Shown: in pieces, positions 49,194-61,186 of the stretch | How positions within the stretch are numbered: position 1 is the first letter of the stretch | Layout: every line of letters starts with the position of its first letter | Assembly (NCBI RefSeq): GCF_001194135.2 | Contig: NC_068991.1 | Span: 52,886,718-52,950,717, forward strand | Source of the DNA: Octopus bimaculoides | Lineage: Eukaryota | DNA: 64,000 bases | Direction: 5' to 3' | Notes under the pieces: generated by a model | What the model was told of the DNA's origin: nothing | Databases searched by the model: none | Seen by the model: the letters and a program-made list of their open reading frames with translations, nothing else | Translations under genes and position numbers: made by a program

Positions 49194-49859
49194 ATTATTC
49201 TACTTTCTATGCTCTACGTTATATATTTTAATAATTACTTGTATTTTTATATTTTATATATTATATATGTAAAGCATATGTTATACATGTATGTATATTA
49301 TTATAATTTTTTTTTTAATAAATAAAGACGTAATATAATGTCTTAAAGTTGATGAATACCACCTCTTGATCCCCTTCATTTTCTTATTGCTGTGTATATA
49401 TATATATATATATTGCCTTTTGCTAAGTCCTTCATGTCAAGCACCGAGAGGCGGTTCTGCCCTGGGGATATAGAGGTAATTTTGGAGACGCTCACACACA
49501 CTTTTTCTTTCTATCTGTACGTGTATATTTCTACATGTGCTGCGCGCCTGTTTACCTCGAGCGTCACAAAGAACTGTCGCTAAAGCAAGTTGAATGCTCT
49601 GTCATCCGCGCCAAATCAATAGCGCCCAAACAGCTGTGCATAATCAACTCATTCCGATCATCATCAACTATTCCAAAGGCAAGACATGTTCAAGAGAAAA
49701 GAAAGTCTAAGGTACAAAAGGAATGGATCACGTAATAAAGTTACTGAAAGAGTCATAAATATAACTAATTAAGAAAAGTATTAGCCAAGAAACCTAATTC
49801 AAATTTATGTCAGGACAGGATACCACCACAAAACACCTTTTTTGTGGCACATATACAAA

Positions 49860-50270
49860 AGTAGTACTAACTACAAGGAAGCCTCTGTAGATAGCTTTCA
49901 CTGACCACTTGGAAAAGGCTTTTGACAGAATTTCACGTTCTGAAGTGTGGTGGTTGCCAAGAAAACTGATTAAAAAAAAGTGACTTGTGAGAGTTGTACA
50001 ACCAATGTACAAAGGAGCTGTTAGCAAGGCGAGAGTTCGGCGAATAATTTTATCGAGCAGATTGGTGTATTTCAGATTTTAGCTCTCGATCTATTTGTTT
50101 ATAATAGTCGTCATCGCCGCCGCCACCACCACCGTCGTCGTCATTGTCATCATCATTATCATCGTCATCGTCATCATCACCATCAAGAAGTTTGAAACCG
50201 GTTTCCATGGGAATATTTGTACACAGATGCCATGGCTTTGATAGCTGAATCTGTAGATGTTGAGGGAAAA
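49860..50270 (+). mobile_element. RTE LINE reverse-transcriptase fragment, degraded
   Basis: KPL.IAF.DLEKAFDRISRSEVWW and PWEYLYTDAMALIAES (a degenerate YADD motif). Confidence 0.75.
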
Positions 50271-50689
50271 TTCCGTGAAAGAGACAGAGTACAAGTGTAC
50301 CGAGACAAATTTGATGTAAGAAGAATCAGCAGCAGTGAACTGGAGAGAAGAGTACGCAGACCGTCTTCTCTGGTTATCTGATAAGGCCGTTTATCGAACA
50401 ATGCCATCGCATTGGATCCGTCCGTGTTCAAATCCCCTTACAATCACTCGTTCAATATTGCTAACCATTACCGTCACTCTCAAACCATTACCCATTGTCA
50501 TTGCTATCCATCACTCTATCTCAAATTTCTCTCTCTTTCTCACCGATCATTCACTTTCATCATTTCCACTACTCCTATCACCTCTCTCTCTCTCTCTCTG
50601 TTTTTGCTCTATAACACTACAAAGAAAGCTATAATCCTCTGGTGCTGGAGAAGGAGCGAACGGAAATAGCATGAAGCAAACAGGACTCT

Positions 50690-50901
50690 TTAGTCTTGCT
50701 GGGGATGACAACTTCTTTAGTTTTACACTCTGTAAAACGATTGATAAGGAGAGCATCCGGCTATAGAAACTTTGCCAAAAATGACATAGTCAACGACTCG
50801 TCTTGGAGGTCAGTAACTCAAAATAAGAACTGACCTGGAACGTGACGACCTACCCAAATCATGACATCATGGAAAACTGAACGTAAATTGCTGCTGTTGA
50901 C

Positions 50902-50932
<31 letters not shown>

Positions 50933-50935
50933 GTG
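50690..50935 (+). mobile_element. Family C repeat ending in (GAT)n
   Basis: AAGGAGAGCATCCGGCTATAGAAAC...CATGGAAAACTGAACGTAAA...GATGATGAT. Confidence 0.6.
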
Positions 50936-51063
50936 ACAGACTGCCAAAATACTTCTTACTTCTTGCAAAAAATACCGTACTTTAATTCCAGGAAATCCCT
51001 TTTCTTTACAAACACACTTTGTTTACGTTTAGCTTGATGAAGTAGATCTATAATTAAAAGCTT

Positions 51064-51536
51064 GGCACTATCATGGTATTAGCTGTCAGAATTGAAAGTA
51101 GAACTGACAAGGAACGTTACTGCTGGTTTGAGTTGATTCTTTGGCTACTGACTAGCCGGAGCTATCTATCTGTCTGTCTATCTCACTATCTCTCTCTCTA
51201 TATCTATCTATCTATCTATCTATCTATCACTCGTTCACCTCTGTGTCCGTAGAATTTATCAAATTAGAAAACGCAAATTTAATATAAAAATATATTTTCT
51301 GAAATTGCAAATTATTTAAAATATAAAAATATAATTTTCAACAGAGAGAATTTATCAAAATAGAAAACAAATGAAGTTTGAAGTTTAAAAATAATAGGAT
51401 CGACCACTCACGACTAGCTAGCGCGGACGCGCGACTGCGCGTTCGGGACCACTCTGCTTTAGTAGTACCCTTATACTCTGTGTGTTTTCAAACGCATGGA
51501 TATAGGTGTCAAATTTGTTCCAATAACTTTCGAGTG

Positions 51537-51569
<33 letters not shown>

Positions 51570-51715
51570 CAGAGAGAGACAGACAGACAGATAGCTCGCT
51601 CCGGCCAGTCATGGTATTAGCTGTCAGTAGCCAAAGAATCAACTCAAACCAGCAGTAACGTTCCTTGTCAGATTTTTCTACTTTCACTTCTGACAGCTAA
51701 TACCATGACAGTGCC
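51064..51715. mobile_element. 652-bp MITE with ~170-bp TIRs starting GGCAC and an 8-bp TSD AAAAGCTT (Merlin-like)
   Basis: TSD at 51056-63 and 51716-23. GGCACTATCATGGTATTAGCTGTCAG pairs with CTGACAGCTAATACCATGACAGTGCC. Confidence 0.9.
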
Positions 51716-52014
51716 AAAAGCTTTCTAGTCCTGACCCTATATCCATCTTTTTTAAAACATAGTATAACTAGGACTACATTATCTAACGTTTCCTTCTTAT
51801 TAATACAGCAATGTGTTGATCTGATGGAGAGCTAACAACTATATCTGCGAAGCACGCAACAAGATAGTCTTTTCTCGTTACTTCGTGTCACCGCCTCGTT
51901 TTCATTGCAGGTCAACTTGTGTTGATTTCACACTAACATGTCCTAATGCATCTTGATGCATTTTAATTTGTTCTGCTTGATATATCGAACATAGTTCGAG
52001 CTGTGTTTATCACA

Positions 52015-52212
52015 ATGTGCCTGAAAGTCTGTCTGTTGTGTTCCACTGGTTGGTTTTCATTGCTTCCACTATCCTGTTTACCACTTTTGCTATTTTATGG
52101 TCTCGCATGTGGTGTGGATACCATTCTTCGAATGTCACTCCTTTTGTCATTGGTCTGTGTCCTGGGGCATTATATTTCAATTAATTGGATTTTTCTTCAA
52201 CCATTTGGAGAG
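52015..52212 (+). CDS. First coding exon of a multi-pass membrane protein (SERINC/Ice2-like, tentative)
   Basis: Upstream acceptor TTTTCATTGCAG at 51910; ATG at 52015 after an in-frame stop at 51964-66; strong donor GAG|GTATGT, phase 0. Peptide MCLKVCLLCSTGWFSLLPLSC...WIFLQPFGE. Confidence 0.75.
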
Positions 52213-53244
52213 GTATGTATTCGATGTTGCCCCGTCCTTACAATCCAGTTCTTAAATTATTACTATCAAATTTAAGAACTTCAAAATTCCCCGCCAAGTT
52301 TATTGTTAACAACACTAACATTCCATAAAATTGTTCTTTCGTTATTATTGTATACTTTCATTCTTCAAAGCGTAATTGAAATATTGCCGGTTTCTTATTT
52401 ATTAGTTGCTAATAATGTGCGATGGAAAAAAAATTAAAAAACAATCTTTACCGGAAAGATTAACTTACGAATGAATAAGTGATTATTTTCGGAGATGAAT
52501 CTGAAGTAGTGGGTTGGATACCAATCAGAAATTTATTAAAATATTGCCGCTGTGATTGATTATTTTTAAAGTTAATATCTGACATTAAATATTCTTTAAC
52601 TTAACTTTAACAATAAACATTAGTGATTTAAAAATAAGTAACCAACATGCGAAAGTATTCAGTAATGAAAGTACAATATATGATGAGAATGTAGTGTGCG
52701 ATAGTGGCAAAAAAGCCAACGAATAAATTATTTTAGCCAAAGACCACAGTTTAAAAAACAAAAAAATACCGCAGCTCCATTCATGTTTACATAAAGAAAG
52801 TGGATTTTTATTTTATGTTTTCGATAAAAAGAAATTTGCTGACCCCCCACTTCTTAAACTGTGATATACTTCTGACAAATTTTGAACAATAAAATGATAA
52901 GCAGATATCTAGATATTGAAGGCTGTAAAACATATACTCGAAAAACATATTCAATTATTATTCCTCGACATGGTTGTGTAATAAAGTTCGGTTCCACTGC
53001 GTAATAATTCGGAGAAGCTTCTTCTTCATATATATATATATATAATACTATCCAATAATACTATCCATATCACGTCCTCACTTTGTTGTTTTTTTGTTTT
53101 TTTGTTATTGTGTTTTTGAACTATATATATATATATATATATATATATNNNNNNNNNNNNNNNNNNNNNNNNNNNNNNNNNNNNNNNNNNNNNNNNNNNN
53201 NNNNNNNNNNNNNNNNNNNNNNNNNNNNNNNNNNNNNNNNNATA

Positions 53245-53690
53245 TATGTATGTGTGTGTGTGTATGTATGTATGTGTATTTGTGTGTCTGTTTGTCCCCC
53301 CACCATCGCTTGACAACCGAAGCTGGTGTGTTTACGTCCCCGTAACTTAGCGGTTCGGCAAAAAGAGACCGATATAATAAGTACTAGGCTTATAAAGAAT
53401 AAGTCCTGGGGTCGATTTTCTCGCCTAAAGGCTGTCCTCCAGCATGGCCGCAGTCAAATGACTGAAACAAGTAAAAGAGATACCCCTGGTTAAATTACTT
53501 TGCTTTTATTGACCAGAGACAGAGTTAGTTAGCATAGGCGTAGTTGTGTGGTTAAGAAGTTTACCTCCTAACCATGTGGTTTGGGGTTCAATCCTATTGC
53601 ATGACACTGTGTTCTGTTATAGCCCTTGGCTGAATAAAGCTTTGTGAGTGGATTTGGAAGACCAAAAGAAGTTTGTTGTGTGTGTGTGTA
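53245..53690 (+). mobile_element. SINE family B: young tail half followed by a second head
   Basis: CGTAACTTAGCGGTTCGGCAAAAAGAGACCGATA...CAGCATGGCCGCAGTCAAATGACTGAAAC. Confidence 0.8.
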
Positions 53691-53704
53691 TTTCTACAAT
53701 ATAT

Positions 53705-54066
53705 ATGTGTTGGTTGGCACTCCGTCGCTTACGACGTTGAGGGTTCCAGTTGATCCAATCAACGGATTAGCCTGCTCGTGAAATTAACGTGCAAGTGGCT
53801 GAGCACTCCACAGACACGTGTACCCTTAACGTAGTTCTCGGGGATATTCAACGTGACACAGTGTGACAAAGCTGACCCTTTGAATTACAAGTACAACAGA
53901 AACAAAGAGTGAGAGAAAGTTGTGGTGAAAGAGTACAGCAGGGTTCACCACCATCCCCTGCCGGAGCCTCGTGGAGCTTTAGGTATTTTCGCTCAATAAA
54001 CACTCACAACGCCCGGTCTGGGAATCGAAACCACGATCCTATGACCACGAGTCCATTGCGCCTCCA
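53705..54066 (-). mobile_element. tRNA-headed SINE family D, young and near full length
   Basis: Minus-strand head GTGGAGGCGCAATGG...GGTTTCGATTCCCAGACCGG; body shared with 32038-32365. Confidence 0.85.
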
Positions 54067-54394
54067 CACAACATATATATACACACACACACACACACTC
54101 ACATAAATATATATGTATATGGGGTAGTAGTGTCTGCATTTTCTTGTTTTGGCATGCAATAGTTGAGAGTGGCCCCAAGGAGAAATTTTTACCTTACTTA
54201 GACAGAAGTAAGGTTTGGTGACAGGTAGAGCTTCAACTATAGAAAATCTGCCTCGAGTTTTTGTTAATCCTATTGACCTCAGCTTACTTTCTAGTCAGTT
54301 ACTTATGGATATTTATTTATTGAACTGCAAAGTAGCAGGGCATAAACACAGAAATGCTCTTTTTCAAGAGGTGTCAATGTAAAGACATGGAAAC

Positions 54395-54780
54395 GTAGCC
54401 ACACCTGTGGGGTTTAGGAGCTTGCTTTGCGACCATGTAGTTTTGGGTTCAGTCCCACTGCGCAGCATCTTGAGTAAGTACCTTGTATCATAGCCATAGG
54501 TTGACCAATGCCGTGAGTGAATTTGGTAGATGGAAACTATGTGAAAACCTGTCATATGTTTAAATATGTTTTGGTGTTTGTGTTTGTTCCCTCCACTGCT
54601 TGACCACTGATTGGTTTGTGTACATCCCTTTAACTTTGTGATTCAGCAAAACAAACTGATGGAGTAAGAACCAGACTTTAAAAAAATAAGTACTGAGTTC
54701 AATTTGTTTGACTAAACCCTTCATGTGGGTGCCCCAGCATGGCTGCAGTCTTATGACTGAAACAAATAAAAGATAGAAGA
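54395..54780 (+). mobile_element. SINE family B
   Basis: Head-to-tail homology with 6638-6985. Confidence 0.8.
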
Positions 54781-54939
54781 TATACATAAATACACATTCA
54801 TCTGTACACACACACACAATTTTGACATAGTTTTACTTCTCTGATAAGATGACTGGAATATTTAGGCATAAAATTCTTAATTTTGGTGAGATATTTGTGC
54901 TATGTTTAAGACTTAGGAGTAATATTATTAACTCTACTA

Positions 54940-55155
54940 TTGCAGTGACCTGGCAGAATTGTTAGCATTCTGAGTAAAATGCTTAGTGGCATTTTGTCTG
55001 TCTTTACATTCTGAGTTCAAATTTCGTCAGGACCAACTTTACCTTTCATCCTTTTGGAGTTGATAAAATAAGTACCAGTTGAGTACTGGAGTGGATGTAA
55101 TCAACCAGCCTCTTCCCTCAAAATTGCTGGCCTTGTGCCAAAATTTGAAACCAAT
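54940..55155 (+). mobile_element. SINE family A
   Basis: GATAAAATAAGTACCAGTTGAGTACTGG. Confidence 0.8.
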
Positions 55156-55224
55156 ATTATTAATTCTACTAACATAACTGATATACCAATACAGTAGATA
55201 GTTTTCAGACAATGTACCAATAGA

Positions 55225-55545
55225 ATAGTGAAGGCGCATGGCTTAATAATGAAGGTATTCAGCTCACAATTGTAAGGTCATGAGTTCAATTTCCGCTGAC
55301 GTATTGTGTCCTTGAGCAAGACACTGCATTCCACATTGCTCCAGTCCACTCAGCTGGCAAAAATGAGTAGTACTTGTATTTTAAAGGGCCAACCTTGTCA
55401 CACTCTGTGTCATGCTAAATCTCCCTGAGAACTACATTAAGAGTATACATATCTGTGGAGAGCTCAGCCACTTGCACGTTAATTTCACAAGTAGGCTGTT
55501 CCATTGATCAGATCAACCGAAACCCTTGTCGTAACCAACAGGCTG
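55225..55545 (+). mobile_element. SINE family D
   Basis: Homologous to 32038-32365. Confidence 0.8.
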
Positions 55546-55989
55546 CCACCAATAGAATATACACTAAAATACGGTAGACAGCTTTTAGAAAATCCAGGTA
55601 TAACTTATTTCTAATGATGAATACTGCCTAAAATAATTTTTAAAATTTGATAAATACAATAAACATTTTCATTACTAAATTAGCATTTGGAAGATAAATC
55701 AACAACAAATTCTTACAGTAAATTATAATGGAATGTTTTAATTTAGACATGCTTTAAAACAAACAGCATTGTATGATAGAATCAGAGGAAGATAGATAGC
55801 AAAATGATGAATCGATGAATACATTTAAACTTGTTTTGTTGTAAAGAATGTTCTTTATTGTCCAGACTTGCCCAAGAATACTTTTCATTTATTTCATTTT
55901 TGTATTGTGGTTTGCAAGATTCTTGATGTGATCCCATGTGTTGAAATATATTTTGTTGTATCTCGAGAAGGTCATTATGCCAATAATAA

Positions 55990-56230
55990 ACACATGCACT
56001 GGTTGGATGTATAGTAAGAAGTTTGATTCCAAACTGCATGGTTCTGGGTTCAATCCTACGTTGGGCAAGTGACTTCTACTGTAGCCTTGAGTCAATCAAA
56101 ACTTTATGAGTGGATTTGGTTGACATAAACTGAAAGAGGTTCATTGTATGTGTGTGTTTTGCCTTCAGAATCACTTCTGGTGGTCCAGCATGGTCACAGT
56201 CTAATGACTGAAACAAGTAAAAGATAAAAG
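55990..56230 (+). mobile_element. SINE family B, internally deleted
   Basis: Head plus the CAGCATGGTCACAGTC..TGACTGAAACAAG tail. Confidence 0.7.
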
Positions 56231-56637
56231 ATAATTACCATTTAACTAATTAACTAATCGATTGTTTGATTATTTATCATTTAATCAATCAATCATTTAG
56301 GTTTGTCAAAGTCCTTTTATTGCCATTTGCAAACCTCATCAATGGCATGCTCTCGTTACTCCAGGTCAATTTCTCATGTAGAGCCTCAAACAGATGTTAC
56401 TCTATTGGAAATAAAACTACTACAATTTTTAAAATTAACTCAAATATGTTTGAGTATATTTGGTGGTTTTACTTTGTAATGGAAGTAAACTGTAACTTGG
56501 GTTCATGAACTATCTTATAACTACTAAAATAATATAAAATGTAATGCTTAGCTATGTTAATTAAGACATAGTTATTTATTGTTGTAAGATACCTGTTTTC
56601 CAGTTATTTATATATTTATTGTTGTTTTCTTATTTAG

Positions 56638-57573
56638 GTTGGATTATTTATTCTGCTGTGGGCTCTCCCTGTGAAACTCGTCCCTTATTCAGTGGTATAT
56701 GTCTATGGCTTTGTGCTGCAGGTATTTGAACCTATCATGTTATTCCAAGAAGTTCTCTTTGTTCTTCTCCTAGCAACACAACTTTCCAATTACATAAATG
56801 ATTTGGCTGAAGAAGATGATGATGATAACCTGTACATATATCAAATTATATTTGCTATATTTTCTATTCTAAACTATGGTTTATCCTGTTATATTGTGTT
56901 AATATCTTTTAACAGCAACACCTGGCTTCTTTATGTGATATTATTTCTAACAGTCTTCAACCATGTTCTCATGTGGTCATTAGGAACTGGACAGATGTGG
57001 GAAACTGCTTTTACTTTCATGTTGACCATGTTTATACTTTTACTCATGAACATAGAGAACAACTTAACTGAAAATATAGAATTACCTGTTCTATCCTGTT
57101 TTGATTCTAAACACACTTTGATAGAATTTGTGAGCAGTGTTTGGCTACTAAACTCTGAGAAACTATCCAACTTTCTAAAGTTGATTGGTAGTTTTTTAAG
57201 TCCTATTTTTGTTGGCACTATTTTCCTCCGGCTCTTTTCTGTCAATTGCTTCAATTATCAGAAAACTGTTTCAATGTTTTTTGAAAACGAAGACAAAGAT
57301 GATGATGTTTTATTAGAAGAAAGTAGTCCGTCCATTTTAAGTTGCTCAGGTTTACAACCAACTCTTGTTTGTAAATTGGGCACAGTTTTTGTTGTTACAC
57401 AACTTATGATTAGACAATTTTATCTTTTTATTGGAAATGGCTTAATTACTCAGCAAGAATGGATAAAAAATTGGTTGCCTGATAATATATTAATTGGAAG
57501 AGTAACTCAGATGTTTTTGGTGAATATTTTCTTTCAGCATTCAATTTACAGACGATGGTCAGATAATTCTTAA
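56638..57573 (+). CDS. Large terminal coding exon (311 aa) of the multi-pass membrane protein; total 377 aa with exon 52015-52212
   Basis: The only long gap-free ORF in the window. Acceptor GTTTTCTTATTTAG falls exactly at the in-frame TAG that bounds the ORF, and phase 0 matches the 52212 donor. It has multiple hydrophobic segments and two acidic loops (EEDDDD, EDKDDD). Confidence 0.9.
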   Translation, partial: VGLFILLWALPVKLVPYSVVYVYGFVLQVFEPIMLFQEVLFVLLLATQLSNYINDLAEEDDDDNLYIYQIIFAIFSILNYGLSCYIVLISFNSNTWLLYVILFLTVFNHVLMWSLGTGQMWETAFTFMLTMFILLLMNIENNLTENIELPVLSCFDSKHTLIEFVSSVWLLNSEKLSNFLKLIGSFLSPIFVGTIFLRLFSVNCFNYQKTVSMFFENEDKDDDVLLEESSPSILSCSGLQPTLVCKLGTVFVVTQLMIRQFYLFIGNGLITQQEWIKNWLPDNILIGRVTQMFLVNIFFQHSIYRRWSDNS

Positions 57574-57934
57574 ATAATCATTATTTTGGAGACTATTCTA
57601 GTTTTCACATAACAACAAACATTGTTTACATAATTGATATATTTCTTTATGAAATCCAAAATCAAGTAATGGAATCATTGTTTCTGATTTCTGCTGAAAA
57701 TATTTTAGAAATATTAAGGATCCCAACTCCAAAAGAGAAATAATCCATGTTGACAATATTCACACTTCGCCTTAATTCTTTTCTATTTTTCATATCCATC
57801 TTTATGAATTTCAACAGTTCCTTTTAAAACAAAGACTTATTCATGTTCTTTGACACAAATACTGGCACATTTAAGATAATTAAATTTCTTATAAGGACAT
57901 ATTTACTCAGAAAACTATTGAAAACTATTGCTCC

Positions 57935-58250
57935 TACATCAGGAATGGTGTTGCTGTTCATTGGAAAATACTCCTAAATATAGAATGATACTGATATTCT
58001 GCTACTCATATTTTATGCTGTTTCCACATTTAGGATGGTACTACTTGTAAGTGGAATACTTTCCTACTTCTGGGACAGTATTGCTGTTCAATGGAATATT
58101 CCCCTAAATCTAAGACAATACTTCTGTTCAATGAAATACTGCTCTCATATCAGGGACTGTGTCATTACTCAATGGAATATTTTCCTAAATCTGGCATGGT
58201 GCTGCTACTCAAGAAAGAACACTACTCCTTACTTCTGTGATGATGCTGTT
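57935..58250. repeat. Degenerate ~40-bp minisatellite, about 7 units
   Basis: Unit like CTGGGACAGTATTGCTGTTCAATGGAATATTCCCCTAAAT at about 57938, 58030, 58070, 58110, 58150 and 58191. Confidence 0.65.
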
Positions 58251-59176
58251 ATTCACATCATTACCTCTCATCTTGTACGACTTAAAATTCGAAAGAGTTG
58301 TTGGTCTCTGCACTTTTGCTAATCCCAAGATTTCTAAAAATTCTTAAACTGATGCTTCTAACCTGATAGGATACCAATGAAACAGCTGAGAAACTGAAAA
58401 TCCATACAAGATCACCAGTTATAAACAGCATGAGGAAGAATGTAGGGCTGAGATAAAGAAACCCAAAGGATATATCAGCCACTAATCCCATGTATGCTGA
58501 TTGTAGTACAATTTCTGCTGACATAAGAAAAACTAAGAGAGCTTCACAGTTTGGTCTTTGTATCAGTGATGATAATAACTAAAGTACTTTAGATCAGTAT
58601 CACATTCAATGTAATAAAATTGGAACAAATTGCAGCATTTAAACATCTTGGATTGTATACAGAAGAAAACAATTGCTGCATCATTAGATATCAGAAACGG
58701 AAGTAACTTAACATCTTGGGTCTCTGAGCTACTTCATCAGTGCTGGGAAAAGACACAAAATATCTCATTACACCAAAATCTAAATTTATCAACTGTCTCT
58801 ATTCTCTAAGTTATTGTATGATATTGATTCATTAGAATCACTCCAAAATGATTTAAATATATTAAAAGCCTTTTAAATGATTTGCTTTTGCTGAATACTT
58901 GGAGAATCACAAAGGAACCAGTTTTTGAGTGATCACATTTAATGAACTTGATTTTGCCAGCTGGCTATTTCTGAATTTGGTGTAGCCATGGAATAACCTC
59001 AGATGAATCATTTAAGGTTGTTATGCAACCTGCTTACATGTCTTCAACCTCAAAAGAACACTGTAAAGACCTTGATGAAAATTATCTGTAGAGAGTCCGG
59101 AGAAACTGAAGATTACTATTAATGATGTTGGTAAACATGGTAAAAAATTATCTATGGAAAATTGGTACCATACTAA

Positions 59177-59395
59177 CCCTGTATATTTTAAACATGCCAT
59201 ATACAGCCCAAATCTTTAATCTGTTTTATGTTCAAACCAGCCACATCTGGTCTCTTACACCTACTCTACAATGTCATTTTAAAAACAAACAATTATATCT
59301 TTGAAGTTTCAAAGCTATGGAGATAATGCATGATTAATTCAAAATAATATGAATAAATAAGCATTACATTTGACATTATTCTAAATGCTAAAGGG
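59177..59395 (-). mobile_element. piggyBac-type MITE, third copy
   Basis: CCCT...AAATGCTAAAGGG termini with degenerate TTAA flanks; body is the reverse complement of 15820-16039. Confidence 0.65.
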
Positions 59396-60474
59396 TGAAG
59401 GGAGATAGATTAGAAGGAAACACCCTAAAAACCTCTCTCTGTCTAAAGTTTACAGGATAATTATAATGATCAATCCACCTTGATAACTTATTTAACTTAA
59501 TAAGTTTCTTCCCAAAGTTCTTCTACTTATAACAAGATATATTTCTCTAAACAATGTTTGAATGAGCAAAGCTAATCAATTATGTAATTATAATAGTAAC
59601 TGTAAATAAATAATAGCATACTCGATGTGGTAAGCCAAGAAATTTTTTAGCTGAACTTAAACCTTGAATGATGACAACAATCATTTTCTAAATGCCTAGT
59701 TCTCAAAAAATACAAGGGGCAGAGAAAACACCTAGATTTTAATTAAATATTAATCACCACAAAAGTATAATTTTAACTATTACTTGGCATACTACATGAA
59801 GTATCTTAGTTGTTATTTCAAGGTTTTCATGCAACAGGCATTCCTGGGTAATTTTTCCCAGTCACATGTATATATTTATAGCATTCACATGTGGTGTTAT
59901 TAAATTATTCATAACCTGAGCTCTGGTAACTGAGAGCTATTTCAAGTAAATTTGCATCTGCCTATCAAATACATTCAGAGTTACAAGGTCTGCATGTACA
60001 TATGCAACATTATAACATTTTCTTTTCTTGAATTTTTATTATACAATGATGAAATAAAAAATTATTTTTATAAGAATTTGTCCTGTTATATTTTTAATTT
60101 GTAACCTTGAGTTTTAAAATATAATGTTGAGATTGAACATGTGAATTTGTCAATAAAAGACAAAAATGCCATACAACTTTTCTATTATTTTCTGATAGAA
60201 ATTTACCTCCTGCTAAAAAGGTTTTTTTTTATATATATTACTGACATGTTAACCAACCTTGCCATGTGAGAAAGGCATGAATAGCCTCCAAGTATATAGG
60301 ATCTACCTGTTCATATCCAACTTTATTATGCACTTTTTCTTTAATTTAATTTAATTTAATTTTCATTACACAATGATAAATAGTAGTAGTATGGCATTGA
60401 AGATGATATAATATTTCTGTGTAGACTATATTGCAATTCTCTGATCATCTTCAGCTGATACACACACACACAGG

Positions 60475-60632
60475 CAGATAGGTGCTGGCAATGTTATGAG
60501 GTTAAGAAACTTGCTTCCCAACCATGTGGTCTTCATTTCTGTCTCACTGTGTGACACCTTGGCAAGTGTCTTCTATTATAGCCTTGGGCTTTGCAAGTGA
60601 ATTTGACAGACAAGAACTGGAAGATGTCTATC

Positions 60633-60666
<34 letters not shown>

Positions 60667-61170
60667 TTGTGTATACCTTTACCTGGACATCATGTGATGG
60701 CTGTAAATGAGCATCATTGTCATATAAGTTAGCTTGTTCATTTTCAGTCTTCCATGAGAAAATATTACCTTGCTTAGAAACAGATGAAGATTGGTGAGAG
60801 GAAGGGCATCCAGCTGTGGAAAATATGCCTCAACAAATTCTGTCTGACCCATGCAAGCATTGAAAAATGGATGTTAAATGATGATATATACATATATATA
60901 TTTTCTATCTTTTACTTCTTTCAGTCATTGGATTGTGGACATATAGGGGCACTGTCACAAAGAGTTTTAGTCAAATTGACCCCAGTTCATATTCTTAGGC
61001 TAGTACTTATTCTATAAGTCTCTTATGCCAAACTGCTAAGTTACAGGTATGTAAAGAAACCAACTTCAGTTGTTAAATGATGGGGGGGGGGGGAGAAATA
61101 CAATGTGTGCACACATACCCACACATGAGACAAGCTTCTTTCAGTTTCTATCTACCAAATCCACTCAAGG
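60475..61170. mobile_element. Cluster of SINE family B (+ at 60475-60640, - at 60900-61170) around a family C piece
   Basis: Shared motifs with the other copies. Confidence 0.7.
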
Positions 61171-61186
61171 TTTTGATTGGACAGGA

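Noticed and set aside
57935-58250. CRISPR-like array (also 37152-37220 and 62680-62790)
   Set aside because: The units are degenerate with no unique spacers and no cas genes, in a eukaryotic context.
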